Source: Eledone cirrhosa (lineage: Eukaryota). Taken from it: a stretch of DNA of 64,000 nt. How positions within the stretch are numbered: position 1 is the first letter of the stretch; every line of letters starts with the position of its first letter. The position numbers and the translations under genes are program-made. This document shows positions 1-11,689 of the stretch, one piece after another. The notes under the pieces were generated by a model. That model ran no database searches, was not told the DNA's origin, and was given only the letters and a program-made list of their open reading frames with translations. Location: assembly GCA_964016885.1 (NCBI GenBank), contig OZ024746.1, positions 76,446,001 through 76,510,000 of the forward strand, written 5' to 3'.

Positions 1-303
1 GTTCCTCAGGCCTATCTAGTTGCAGACAGTGACAACCTGTTTGTTCAACCCATGCTGGCATGGGTTAGCCCAAACCAACAAGGGAGCATCAACATGCTCA
101 TTTAATCAGGTAGAAATAGCAACCAAATTTCCCTCAACAAAAAACTAAGAAAAAAATAATTTTACAATCCAACTCTTTAACCCATTCCAAATTGGAAGCT
201 TCTACATGGTCATTCGACCTGCAAGAAACAGCAGCCAAATCTCCCTCAAATTACACCATATACCTGAACTAAAATACTAAAAAGAAAAAGATCAAAATCT
301 TAC

Positions 304-486
304 CTCTCTGTGGAAATCCTTATTGGTGAAAAGGTTTAATTCTTCGCCCATGATTTCTTGCTGGTTCAGCACATCCTGGTAGTCCATCTCCTTAATGATA
401 CCGGGGTCATCAATACCATTAGCTTTCAGAAACTCCATGTAGGCAACCTGGAATGCCTGCCCAATAGACTGGGCAATTAGTTGAGC
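304..486 (-). CDS. APBA1: X11/Mint/lin-10 (APBA family) internal coding exon: end of PTB domain and linker toward PDZ1
   Basis: Reverse complement reads tttcag|GCTCAA...AGAGAG|gtaag; 183 nt, phase 0-0; translates AQLIAQSIGQAFQVAYMEFLKANGIDDPGIIKEMDYQDVLNQQEIMGEELNLFTNKDFHRE, matching the Mint/X11 motif AQLIAQSIGQAF.VAY.EFL.ANGI. Symbol denotes the family; one-to-one orthology is not established. Confidence 0.95.
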
Positions 487-583
487 CTGAAATGATACAT
501 TTGCAAATACTCATTTATATATATATATAAATAACTGAATTTTATTAACCAACATATATTTTCCTTATTTAAATATACATTAA

Positions 584-829
584 CCCTTTCCTTACCATAT
601 TTCTAATAAAAGACACTGCCAATAATTTTCACATTATTTTGAAAATAATGAAATATTTGGAGGGAATTAGTAATGTAACTAACTGGTGGTTGGAGCAAAG
701 GTTCTTACATAAAATTATAATGGAAGGTTTTTAGATATATATATATATATATATATAAATACTTTTAAACAAACAGCTTTGTATATCATAAAACTATAGC
801 CAGTCCCAGGCAATTTGGTATCAAAAGAG
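584..829 (+). mobile_element. piggyBac-type MITE (family M1), representative copy
   Basis: TTAA|CCCTTT...AAAGAG|TTAA termini, about 245 bp, non-coding. Related copies or fragments near 6460, 8727, 10044, 11525, 12540, 13230, 13690, 15480, 15870, 16545, 17085, 19240, 21506, 23083, 26640, 28460, 30041, 33163, 36750, 36838, 37800, 38050, 39479, 47922, 51194, 52010, 54885, 55360, 58282, 59801 and 62410. Confidence 0.85.
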
Positions 830-1600
830 TTAATATAACTGAAATGTAAAATCATTCCATTGAAAGTAGGTTCTAGCTACCTTGACTGAGGTCAGCTCTT
901 TACTGTCAGATTAAATAACAAAAGACAAAATAGAATATTGTTTAAAATAAAAGTAATCAAAATACATTTGGGAGGAGATGACAGTACTGACTTGTAAAGT
1001 ACTAATTTGATGAGTACTGACTTTATTAGTACTGATTTGGTTAGAATTGACTTTGTCTGTGATGGCATGTCCAACCCATGCCAGCATGGTCATGAGCTAG
1101 TTAAGTAGTACAGTGGGTATTGGTAAAAATATCCTCCCATTTGAGTCTCCTGGAGGTACACACATTACAAAAATGTTTACTCATATTTACGCAAACACAC
1201 ACCTACAGAAAGGGACACACATTCACTTATTGCCTTCATGCATACACACACACATGCACAATCAAATATAAGAAAAAGTACTGACACTCACATATATACA
1301 CTCAAATATACACACATGTACTAACAATCATAGACACACACACACACACATATGTGTGTGTGGAAAATAAACAAGGAAAAACAAGACAAGAGAACAATAC
1401 AGTACAATGATAATATATACTAGTTTGATGCATGACATAGTAGGAAAAGAGTCTTAAGATTTCAGACATTAGTCCTTCATTAGAAGATAGAATAAGATAG
1501 AAGAAATAGAAAGACAGACAAGAGTAAGTGTTGGTAGAGGTTTTGATAGTGGGGGTAGTTGTGGTGGTGTGTGTATGTATGTGTGTGTGTATATATATAT

Positions 1601-1868
1601 ATCATCCTCATCATCATCATTTTGTGTCCGCTTTTCCCTGCTTGCAAGGGTGGGACGGGAACTGATTCTGACTTGATTTCTACAGCTGGATGCCCTTCCT
1701 AACACCAACCTCATTTACAGTGAGTGCTGGGTGCTTTTTTGCCGCAGCACCTCCACGACCACTTTGCAGTGGAATGATAGGGACCCCAGTCCCTATCATC
1801 TCATTTCTACAGCTGAGTAAACTGGAACAATGTGAAATAAAGTGTCTTGTTCAAAGAAACAACACATC

Positions 1869-1869
<1 letters not shown>
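1601..1869 (-). mobile_element. Family A SINE, headless (5'-truncated) copy
   Basis: Near-identical reverse complement of about 3285-3553; the pseudo-ORFs at 1690, 3224 and 37546 translate almost identically. Confidence 0.88.
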
Positions 1870-1915
<46 letters not shown>

Positions 1916-2220
1916 CATACACACACACACAACCCTTGCTAGCAGGGAAAGCAGACGTTAAATGATGACGATGATGATACCCACTCACACTGATACAAGA
2001 ATGGTCGAATGTGTTGATGTTATTCCTTCACCAGCCGACCTATGTATCATGAAAAGGGAAAATTGTTTGCGGAAGTTTTTTTTTTTTTTTTTTTTTTTTA
2101 TATTTTCAAGTTTTTTATGTCATCTGAAGAGCTATCAAAATTGATAGTCCTCAGCGAAATATGTATCACAGAGATTTGAATAAACCTAAATCAACTGCTT
2201 ATAGCATACAATCTTTTTAA

Positions 2221-2259
<39 letters not shown>

Positions 2260-2265
2260 CATACA

Positions 2266-2531
2266 TATCACCTTGACCGACCAGTCTGTCAGGCGCCAAT
2301 CGGCGCTGCTGGTCACAGCACGTCGTGCTGTTTTAGCCATAAGATAACGCCATCCCACTGGCTGGGCGGGCAGGCCGGTACTCATTTCTACAGCTGAGTA
2401 AACTGGAGCAACGTGAAATAAAGTGTCTTGCTCAAGGAAACAACACATCACCCAGTCCGAGAATTGAACCTTTCGATTCACAACCTTTCGATTGCAAGCC
2501 CAATGCTCTAACCACTAAGCCATGCGCCTTC
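2266..2531 (-). mobile_element. tRNA-derived SINE with family A head and core but a different 3' tail (family B)
   Basis: Same A/B boxes and core up to agaaatgag, then an unrelated tail (...tgtgaccagcagcgccgattggcgcctgacagactggtcggtcaaggtgata); small aatcgaaaggtt duplication in the head; flanked by (TA)n. Confidence 0.8.
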
Positions 2532-2532
2532 A

Positions 2533-2601
2533 CACATATATATATATACATAAACATATATATATACATAAATATATATACATAAATATATATACATATA
2601 C

Positions 2602-2642
<41 letters not shown>

Positions 2643-2711
2643 AATATATATATATATATATATATACATAAATATATATATACATATATATATATATACA
2701 TAAATATATAT

Positions 2712-2744
<33 letters not shown>

Positions 2745-2753
2745 TACATATAT
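2533..2753. repeat. (TA)n/(TACA) compound microsatellite
   Basis: About 220 bp of TA-rich dinucleotide repeat; source of the YIYIYI pseudo-ORFs. Confidence 0.95.
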
Positions 2754-2754
2754 A

Positions 2755-2851
2755 AAGGCGCATGGCTTAGTGGTTAGAGCATTGGGCTTGCAATCGAAAG
2801 GTTTTGAGTTCAATTCTCGGACCGGGTGATGTAAAACGGTGATAATGATAT
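2755..2851 (+). mobile_element. SINE tRNA head joined directly to a LINE-type terminal tail
   Basis: aaggcgcatggcttagtgg...accgggtgatgt followed by aaaacggtgataatgata, like the LINE end at 6178-6205. Confidence 0.7.
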
Positions 2852-2859
2852 AGTATTAA

Positions 2860-2970
2860 AAAGATCACGAGGAGATGACGAAGGACCGTATCAAGTGGAG
2901 AAATGCTGTGCTGAATAGGGCCCGTCCAACCCTTGCAAGCAGGGAAAAGCGGACGTAAAATGATGATGAT
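2860..2970 (+). mobile_element. 3' end of a second RTE LINE family
   Basis: Encodes EEMTKDRIKWRNAVLNRARPTLASREKRT, followed by (GAT)n; terminal cccttgcaagcagggaaaagcggacgtaaaatga. Confidence 0.7.
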
Positions 2971-3143
2971 ATCATCATCCTCAATATGTATATATATAAC
3001 ATCATCATACATATAACGGAGGAGTTGTGATAAGGAACCAGATGGACCATAATGCACCAGAGTACTCAATATTTAGGGTAGTAGAGTGGGTAATAGGAGA
3101 AAGTATGACCCCGACGGCTCTGCCATCGGGGTCATACTTTCTC

Positions 3144-3201
<58 letters not shown>

Positions 3202-3212
3202 TATATAGATGG

Positions 3213-3553
3213 AAACACATGGCTTAGTGGTTAGAGCATTGGCCTTGCAATCGAAAGGTTGTGAGTTCAATTCTCAGACCGGGTGATGTGTTGTTTCCTT
3301 GAGCAAGACACTTTATTTCACATTGCTCCAGTTTACTCAGCTGTAGAAATGAGATGATAGGGACTGGGGTCCCTATCATTCCACTGCAAAGTGGTTTTGG
3401 AGGTGCCACGGCAAAAAAGCACCCAGCACTCACTGTAAATGAGGTTGGTGTTAGGAAGGGCATCCAGCTATAGAAATCAAGCCAGAATCAGTTCCTGTCC
3501 CACCCTTGCAAGCAGGGAAAAAAGCGGACGTAAAATGAAATGATGATGATGAT
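3213..3553 (+). mobile_element. Full-length tRNA-derived SINE with RTE-derived 3' tail (family A)
   Basis: Pol III A box TGGCTTAGTGG and B box GAGTTCAATTC; GCA in the anticodon-like loop; central core ccttgagcaagacactttatttcacattgctccag; 3' part nearly identical to LINE 3' UTR about 5955-6093; (GAT)n tail. Confidence 0.88.
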
Positions 3554-3951
3554 ATATATATATGGTATGTGATCATTTTAATACTATATATAAAAAAATG
3601 TTCCTATTTGCAAGACCCTGATCAACCCAAGTAGAAGACATTTGCTCAAAGTGCCACGCAGTAGATGTCACGGCAAAAAAGCGCTCAGCACGCAGTAGGT
3701 CAAAACCCAAAACACCATCGTTATGAAGTGAATTTCTTAACCCCACAGCCATGCCTGCACCTATGTTTATCTCTCAAAAATTGTATGGAAGAAACAGTCA
3801 ACAAACCCCCAAACTGCTGTCACAAAAAACTTTAAAATGAGAAGGAAAAAAAAAAATGAAAAATAGACTATAATTTTTGCTGCCTAGGAAGGAGGCTGAT
3901 CCTTAAATCTGTTGTGACAGCACATGACAGCAACATCATAACGTTAAAACA

Positions 3952-5902
3952 ATGTTTGCTATAAAGGAAGTATACTTAGCTAGGAGGGAAGCAGAGGATA
4001 GAAAATTCAAGCATGTTTTACAACGTGAGGACCAGAAACAGGAGGTATTCAAGATTGCGAGGCAGTGTGTCAGAGATAGTTGTGATGTCATTGGAGAGAA
4101 GTGTATCCGGAATGATAAAGGTGAGCTTGCCCTCACAAGTGCTGAGAAGAAAGATGCATGGAAGAGTCATTATGATAGATTACTAAATGAGGAGAATGCA
4201 TGGGAAGAAGAGACCCTACCCCAAGTAGACCCTATAGAGGGACCAGCAGTACAAGTCAGCGGCAGCGTAGTAAGTAAGGCAATCAGAGATATGAAGATGG
4301 GGAAGGCAACCGGTCCATCGGGGATAGCTGCCGAGATGCTGAAGGCATCTGGGTCTGTAGGTCACACTATAACCACACGTATCGTTAACCAGGTAATACT
4401 AGAAGGGGCCATACCAAAAGATTGGTGTAGTAGCATCATTGTCAACTGCTACAAAGGTAAAGGCGATGCACTAGATAGAGGAAACTATAGAGGTATAAAG
4501 TTGATGGACCAGGTCATGAAAGTAACAGAAAGAGTTATAGCACAGCTGATTAGGGACCGGGTGAAAATAGACGAGATGCAATTTGGGTTTGTACCAGGAA
4601 GAGGCACCACTGATGCCCTCTTCCTTGTGAGGCAATTACAGGAAAAGTACCTAGCTAAAAGTAAGCCACTCTACTTGGCATTTGTCGACCTTGAGAAAGC
4701 CTTTGACAGAGTTCCACGTGCGGTAATCTGGTGGGCTCTTAGAAAACTAGGAGTAGATGAATGGCTTGTGAAAGCGGTACAAGCCATGTATAGGGGAGCA
4801 GTCAGCAAAGTTAGGATTAGCAATGAGTATAGCGAGGAATTTAGCGTACAGGTTGGGGTCCACCAGGGCTCTGTTCTTAGCCCTCTCCTGTTCATCATAG
4901 TCCTGCAGGCAATAACGGAGGAGTTTAAGACCGGATGCCCATGGGAACTCCTGTATGCTGATGACCTCGCACTCATAGCTGAATCTATGGTAGAACTAGA
5001 GAATAAATTCCAAACCTGGAAGCAGGGACTAGAAAGAAAGGGTCTCAAAGTCAACATGACAAAGACTAAGGTCCTTGTAAGTAGACGAGAAAACAGAACC
5101 CAGATCCCCTCAGGGAAATGGCCTTGCTCAGTATGTAGGAAAGGTGTAGGTAGGAACTCCATTCTCTGCCCCAAATGCAAACAATGGGTACACAAGAGAT
5201 GTAGCGGGATCTCAGGAAGCTTAATTAAGAATGTAGGATTCACATGCAGCAGCTGTGCTGAAACAGCAAGCAGCAAACAGCCACAGGAAACAAGTACCAC
5301 CAATCTCTGGGAGGGCCCTGTAGAAACAGTAGACAGCTTCTGCTACCTAGGTGACCGAATTAGCAACGGAGGTGGGTGTTCAGAAAGTACAATAACTAGG
5401 GTAAGAACGGGATGGAAGAAGTTTAGGGAACTACTACCACTGCTAGCTGCAAAAGGCTTCTCCCTCAGAATGAAAGGCAGACTGTATGATGCGTGTATCC
5501 GAACAGCAATGTTGCATGGTAGTGAGACCTGGGCGCTGAAGGTGGAAGACTTACGTAGATTAGAGAGAAACGAAGCCTGCATGCTCCGATGGATGTGTAA
5601 CAGTAATATACGTGAACGACAAAGCATAAATGAATTGAGAGAGAGACTGAGCATAAGAGGAATCAAATGCTGTGTGCTGGTATGGACATGTGATGCGTAT
5701 GAAGGATGACAGCTGCATAAAAAGGTGCAGAGCACTAGAAGTTGATGGAAACCGCGGAGTGGGGAGACCCAAGATGACCTGGGATGAGGTGATAAAAGCC
5801 GACCTTACCCAACTACACCTCTCAAAGACAATGACACACGACCGTGACTTCTGGCGTCACGCAGTAATACAGAGTACCCGACCTCCCATGGGTACATGCT
5901 GA
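3952..5902 (+). pseudogene. RTE reverse transcriptase ORF remnant with PHD-type zinc finger; lacks APE endonuclease; one frameshifting deletion near 5677
   Basis: ORF 3952-5709 continues in another frame (5672-5902). Comparison with the related fragment at 27250-27305 shows about 17 nt (QERILH-like codons) missing at 5677/5678. The ATG at 3952 lies in flanking DNA upstream of the TSD. Confidence 0.85.
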
Positions 5903-6205
5903 AGCATATAAACAATATGCCCCCACACCCTCCACCGCAAGGTGGTCGTGGAGGGGCCACGGCAAAAAAGCACCCAGCCCACACTGTAAAGTGGACGTGT
6001 AGGCGCCACGAAAAAGCACCCAGCACTCACTGTAAATGAGGTTGGTGTTAGGAAGGGCATCCAGCTGTAGAAATCAAGCCAGATCAGTTCCTGTATGAGC
6101 AAGGCATGGTCAGCCGACCAGACACTGCACACAACAAGACAACCCGTCTAACCCATGCTAGCGTGGAAGAACGGACGTAAAACGGTGATGATGATGATGA
6201 TGATG
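3971..6205 (+). mobile_element. 5'-truncated RTE-clade non-LTR retrotransposon (LINE), young copy
   Basis: RT motifs (YKGKGD, NYRGIKL, QFGFVPGRGTTDA, FVDLEKAFDRVP, GVHQGSVLSPLLF, YADD) and RTE C-terminus (WYGHVMRM...GRPKMTW); 3' UTR ending in a (GAT)n tail at 6205; probable 8-bp TSD aaaggaag at 3963-3970 and 6206-6213. Confidence 0.92.
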
Positions 6206-9200
6206 AAAGGAAGAAGTCAAATAACTTTTTCATCATCATCATCATCAATTTATATCATCTTTCCATGCTGATATGAGCTAGACAGGGTGTCCATGTCCGA
6301 GACCAGATAGGTTGGAGGGACCTCTTCTCACTCATATGTTCCATATTTTGCATGGTTTCTTTAGCTGTTGCCTTTTCTAATGCCAATTGCTTTACATAAT
6401 TTTATGTGAGATCCTGCAGTTACAATATTTTTAAATATTTTAAATAATTTTAAAAATAATCAAGAATTAAGGAGGGATATAGTAATATAACGAACTTGCT
6501 TATTAATAATGAAGGAGTTAGCAATATTACTAAATGCCTCCAAATTCTTGATTATTTTCAAAATTAATTGAAAATCATGGGCAATATTTTTCATTAGAAA
6601 TATGGTTACGAAATGATTAAAGTGAAGCAACAAATAAAATGTTTGAAAGGTCAAAAGTTCAAATATCATTGGGGTTGGTGGTGGCATTTAACATGTTGAA
6701 GTTCAGTTACCTGCTAGAAATAACAGCTAAATCTCATCAAATCAATATTTATGATGATGTTTGGTACATAACACACGATCTTACATAAAGTTATTATGAA
6801 AGATTTTTAGATAAATATAAACACATTAACAGTTTTGTAGTTTAGAATCAGGGATGGTTTCAAACAAGATGGTATTAATAGGATTAGTTCATCTAACATG
6901 AAAATAAGTATAAGGATTCATTATGTATTTCTTCCTGAAATAATTAATTTTCATGCAACACTAAACATATCCAACTCCTTAGCTAAAGTCAACTACGGAG
7001 CCTCTACATGGTCATTTGACCTGCTAAAAATAGCAGACAAATCTCCCTCAAATCACACTTCAGCATTTTAGGAAAAGATAGTTTGGATAATGTATGTCAA
7101 CCTGGGTTATCTACATATAGGGAAAAGACAAGATGGTCATAACTAGAATACCATTGGTCAAGAGTAAGCTGAGTGACCTGGGGCTAAACAACAACTTTTT
7201 AGCTGAATTTATTTTGATGATGAGAAATAAAAGCAATCCGCTTCAGAAGCCTTTGAAGTTTCAACTTGTCCATTAATAGAAAACGTTCCAGACATGATAA
7301 TAAGATTTTGTGATCTCTTTCAATTGAGAAAGAGAGAGGTGAGTGGGCAAAGAGACACACAGACAAGCTAAACTAGAAAGCATCTCATCGAATACAAACA
7401 TTATATTTCTTTCAATCATAAAGATTCTAATTCTGATATGTTATTTGATAACCTAAACAATCAAAGAATCTTCAAGCAAATCACCATTGAATGTATTCAG
7501 TATCAAAATGTTGTAATAACAGCAAACTTTAATTATGTCAATTGAGTTAGTACAGAGTAGAGAAGATTCTTCAGACTAGCCAAGCATATGGCAACCTCTC
7601 TAGTGCTGGCACTATTATAAAATGTACCCTTACACTCTTATGTAGTTGTTGGTCGAGTGAAGATAATACAGAGTAAAGAGAACTCTTTAAACTGGTTCAG
7701 TACATAACAGCCTCTCTAATGCTGGTGCCATTATAAAAACATACCTAGTACATATTGTAAAGTGATTGGCAATTAAATAGACATAATACAGGGTAGAGAG
7801 GTCTCTTCTACCTGGCTAAGCACAAGACAACTTCTCTAGTGCTTGTACCATGATAAAATGCACCTTGTATACTCTGTATTGTGATTGACATTAGGAAGAT
7901 CATCCAGCCATAGAAACCATGCCAAAATATGGAACATATGAACAAGATATGGTTATCCAACCATGTTCTGTCTAAGATTGTGACAACCTGTCCAAGACAT
8001 ACTATTATGGAAAACAGCTGGATGATGATGATGATGATGGTAGTGGTGGTGGCAGCGACGACGACTAATATCAAGGCCCAACAATAGAAAATTAGCTAAG
8101 TGGGTGGAATGTGAAAATTGTATTAACTCTTAATGTCTTGGACCACATGAAACCACATTAGTAAAATATTATTGAAAAGTACAAAACTATACACCATTAA
8201 AAATTAAAGTGTTTAGTTTACTTCAAATTTTCACAATGTATCCACTTGTAAAGATACTATAAACATTTGAATTAGCAAACTTGTTTTTAGATATTTTCTG
8301 CTAAATCATTACAGATGCTGAGAGTTAAACTATTGTCCAAGATATAATTATGATAAAAATGTTATCTGAAAGTTGAAACTATACTACAATTTTAGTTACT
8401 TATTTTCTATTCACACCTCACAAACACAATGAAAGAATGAAGTCAAATATTTTAAACACCAACTTAAAGAGCAACAGACACACTCAGGATTTTGGGAGAA
8501 GAAATAGAATATAAGATAAATAAGTGGTTCCTGTCCTCTCAATGACCTTGCTGTTTTTATCTGACACAAATTGCTGTTTATAATGTCATATTATTTTCAG
8601 TAAATTTTCGGTTGTTCATCTATAATTATCACAATGGAAGCCTGCTTCAATACCCAGACAAATTAGTGGATAAATATTATCCAGAATACTTCAAATTTCC
8701 TCTATAAAGATGCTACAGTAGTTGTTTAATCCTTTTGTTACCATATTTCTAATAAAAATACTGACCATAATTTTCAAAATAATCAAATATATAACTAACT
8801 TTCTTCTTATTAAGCTGATGTTTGAAGCATAACTTAACAAATGTTCTTATGCGAAAGTTTTCAAATAAAGATTATAAAATGAAATTTTGTAGCATAGAAC
8901 CAAGGCTGGCTTCAGGTATACAAAAGACTAAGTTTAATTTTCACATATTTGGGTAGCTGTCTTTACACCTAGATGCCCTTTCTACCACTAACTACACAAT
9001 TCAAAGGTAGGAGTGAAACTTGTTGTCAGTTAAAGTGGCAGAGATCTGCTGCTGATGTAACTTACCCAAAGATATGACTCAAAGGTTGTAATAACATTTG
9101 AATTACAGCAATTTAACTTTAATTGAGGTCAACTTTGCAACCGAGGTCAACTTTAGCACTGAGGTTAACTTTGCTTTTATCCATTCAGAGTTAATAAAGT

Positions 9201-10043
9201 ACCAGTCCATGGGCAGTGGATAGGTGGAATCCTTAAATAGCTAGATGGAATGTTTTGTGGAACCTGTTCTGACTGTGTGTGTCTTGGGGTTCAAATCTTG
9301 CCCCCTGTCACCAGAAAAGTGGTGATAATTCTGCCAGGGGTATGACCAGCAGATTATATACCCCTTCCCCTGCAGGCTGGTTTTCTGTGAGAAGTAATTG
9401 GTTGCAGAGAGTCATCATAAACATTCTCAAATACCAAGTGAAATGTGATTATGATGTTTTGAATTCTGCTGTAAGCCAAAATAATTAGAAAGAACTTAAC
9501 CATATACTAAGGTTTTAATATCCCCCATAACAGTTTAGTGGCATTGTTAGTTCAGTAAAAACTTCAAATAATTACAATGTTTTAAAGCAGTGGTAATACA
9601 GGTCATCAATTCAAATCTGTTGCTCAGCATGTTAACCTAGGGTAAATATAAAGAGCCCTCTTGGTCACAGATGACCATGGGATTTACACCTAAAAAATTC
9701 CCCTCCGAGGTACAAGCCTGGGCAAGGAATTTTTGTGGAAGACCAGCAGTCACCCATGTATACCAGTTTTCTCTCTCCATGCCACCAAAATTATCCAAGG
9801 GAAAGGCAAAGGCTGATACAGCTTGGCACCAGTGACATCACAATTCATTTCTACAGCTGAGTGAACTGGAGCAATGTGAAATAAAGTGCCTTTCAGGAAT
9901 AGATATCAAATCAACTCAGGTTATTACCTATGATAGATTTATTCTAACCAGGAAAAAATTCATTTCTCATCTGCTTCATGCCATAAAACTGGAGCTAAGT
10001 GTCAGCTCTCAGAGAGCCACTTAATGCACAGAAAATACATTAA

Positions 10044-10286
10044 CCCTTTAAATACTAAACTGCCTGAAACCACCCATGGTGCTATGATATAAAATTGCTT
10101 GTTTCAAAGTTTTTATATTTATCTAAAAACCTTCTATCATAATTTTATTTTAGAACTTTTGTTAATTTGTTTCAAACACCAACTTAATAACGAGAAAGTT
10201 TGTTATGTTATTAAATCTCTCACAATTCTTGATTATTTCTAAAATTACAGGCAGTGTCTTTCATTAGAAATATGGAAGTGAAAGGG
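10044..10286 (-). mobile_element. piggyBac-type MITE M1, intact copy
   Basis: TTAA (10040-10043) CCCTTT...AAAGGG TTAA (10287-10290); reverse complement of the 584-829 copy. Confidence 0.85.
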
Positions 10287-11689
10287 TTAATTTGGTCTGA
10301 TCAGAATATAGGCTAAGATGAGATGATTATATACTTCTAACTCATTACCATGATCATTGTTGTTTTTTATGCCAATCTTGCATGGGTTAGATAAGTCTTC
10401 TTAGTACAGCATCTCTCCATCTGTCATCTCCTTGGCTTCTTTCCACTTCTTCCTTCAGTGATCATCATCCATACACATTAAGGCAACATGTCTCCATTTA
10501 TGATATTTCAATAAAACAATTTCCTACTTCTATATAAACAGACCGGTTTATTCTTCTTTGATTGTAATATACATTGCTCACATAGCATAACTCTTAACAT
10601 CCTATACTGCATAAAACCACATTCACAAGTCATTAAAAAAATACAAAACAGAGCACTATAATGACATCACATTCGAAATGAAAATTTAATAATGCAAATC
10701 TTCACAAAGATCTAGTAAATATACTGTAAACATTTGAATTAACAAACTAATTTTTGGATATTTTCTGTAAAATCATTACAAGATGTTAAGTAAAGAATTT
10801 CATATAATATCTATGTAAAAAGTATGAAACTTTCTCAATGTTCTAACAAGAAAAAGAACAGGAAAAGATTCCCCAACATGCAGGTATGACTGCATGAATC
10901 CTTGGGCAAGTGTCTTCTAGATGGAAACTGCAAAAGCCCATTGTATATGTGTGAGTGTTTGTGTGTGTGTGTGTCCATGTTTACATTTGCAAGTGTTGTA
11001 GCTGTGTCTTAAGAGGTTGATAAAATAAGTAGCAGACTTAAAAGAAATAAGTACTGGGGTTAATATGATTGGCTAAATCAAGGCGGTTTTCCAGCATGGT
11101 CACAGACTAATGACTGAAATCAGTAAAAGAATAATAGAATAAGTAAATAAAACCTTGTTATTTATTTATAGTTGCAATAAAGAATTTTTTCTGGGCTACC
11201 AACAATGTCTGGAGAAATAAATGGAATTGAATAGCAGTTCTTTCTTTGAAGAGAAAGAAAAGAAGAATGAGAAATAGAGAAATAGTTTTATAGAGAAATC
11301 ATTATTTAATTAGTAAACTACCAGACATAGAGATGAGCTACTTGACAGCTTAGCTTTGATGGACTCTTGGCTGAAATCCTGTACATTGTATCAATTAAGT
11401 AATTTAACCCTTTGGCTTCCATTTCTGATTCTCCATGGAACAATGATAATTTTATTTAAAATTTTGCTGAAAACAAGGTACAGCCAAATTTCATATTAAG
11501 TCATAAAACTTATTTTGTTTCTTTAACCTTTTCCATACCAACCTGACCAAAACCAGCTCTAGTTCTATGAAACAAAACCAACCATTATAAAGGATTCCTT
11601 TTTAAATTAAAACCTTCCATCAAAATTGTATGTAAACACCTTAAGTTATATTCCAAATATCAACTTACTAACAAGGAAGATAGTATTGG

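Noticed and set aside
1690-1965. Apparently conserved MPFLTPTSFTVSAGCFF protein repeated at 1690, 3224 and 37546
   Set aside because: The antisense reading of SINE family A; the identity reflects recent transposition rather than a protein family.
2432-2813. YIYIYI-type ORFs (also near 1870, 3140, 17720, 30800 and 36000)
   Set aside because: Translations of (TA)n tracts.
3213-3290. tRNA-Cys-like gene (also 2450-2531 and 2755-2830)
   Set aside because: A and B boxes are present, but the cloverleaf stems are incomplete and the sequence continues into SINE core and tail; these are SINE heads.
4671-5735. 210-aa and 130-aa minus-strand ORFs
   Set aside because: Antisense shadows of the RT coding frame with no recognisable motifs.
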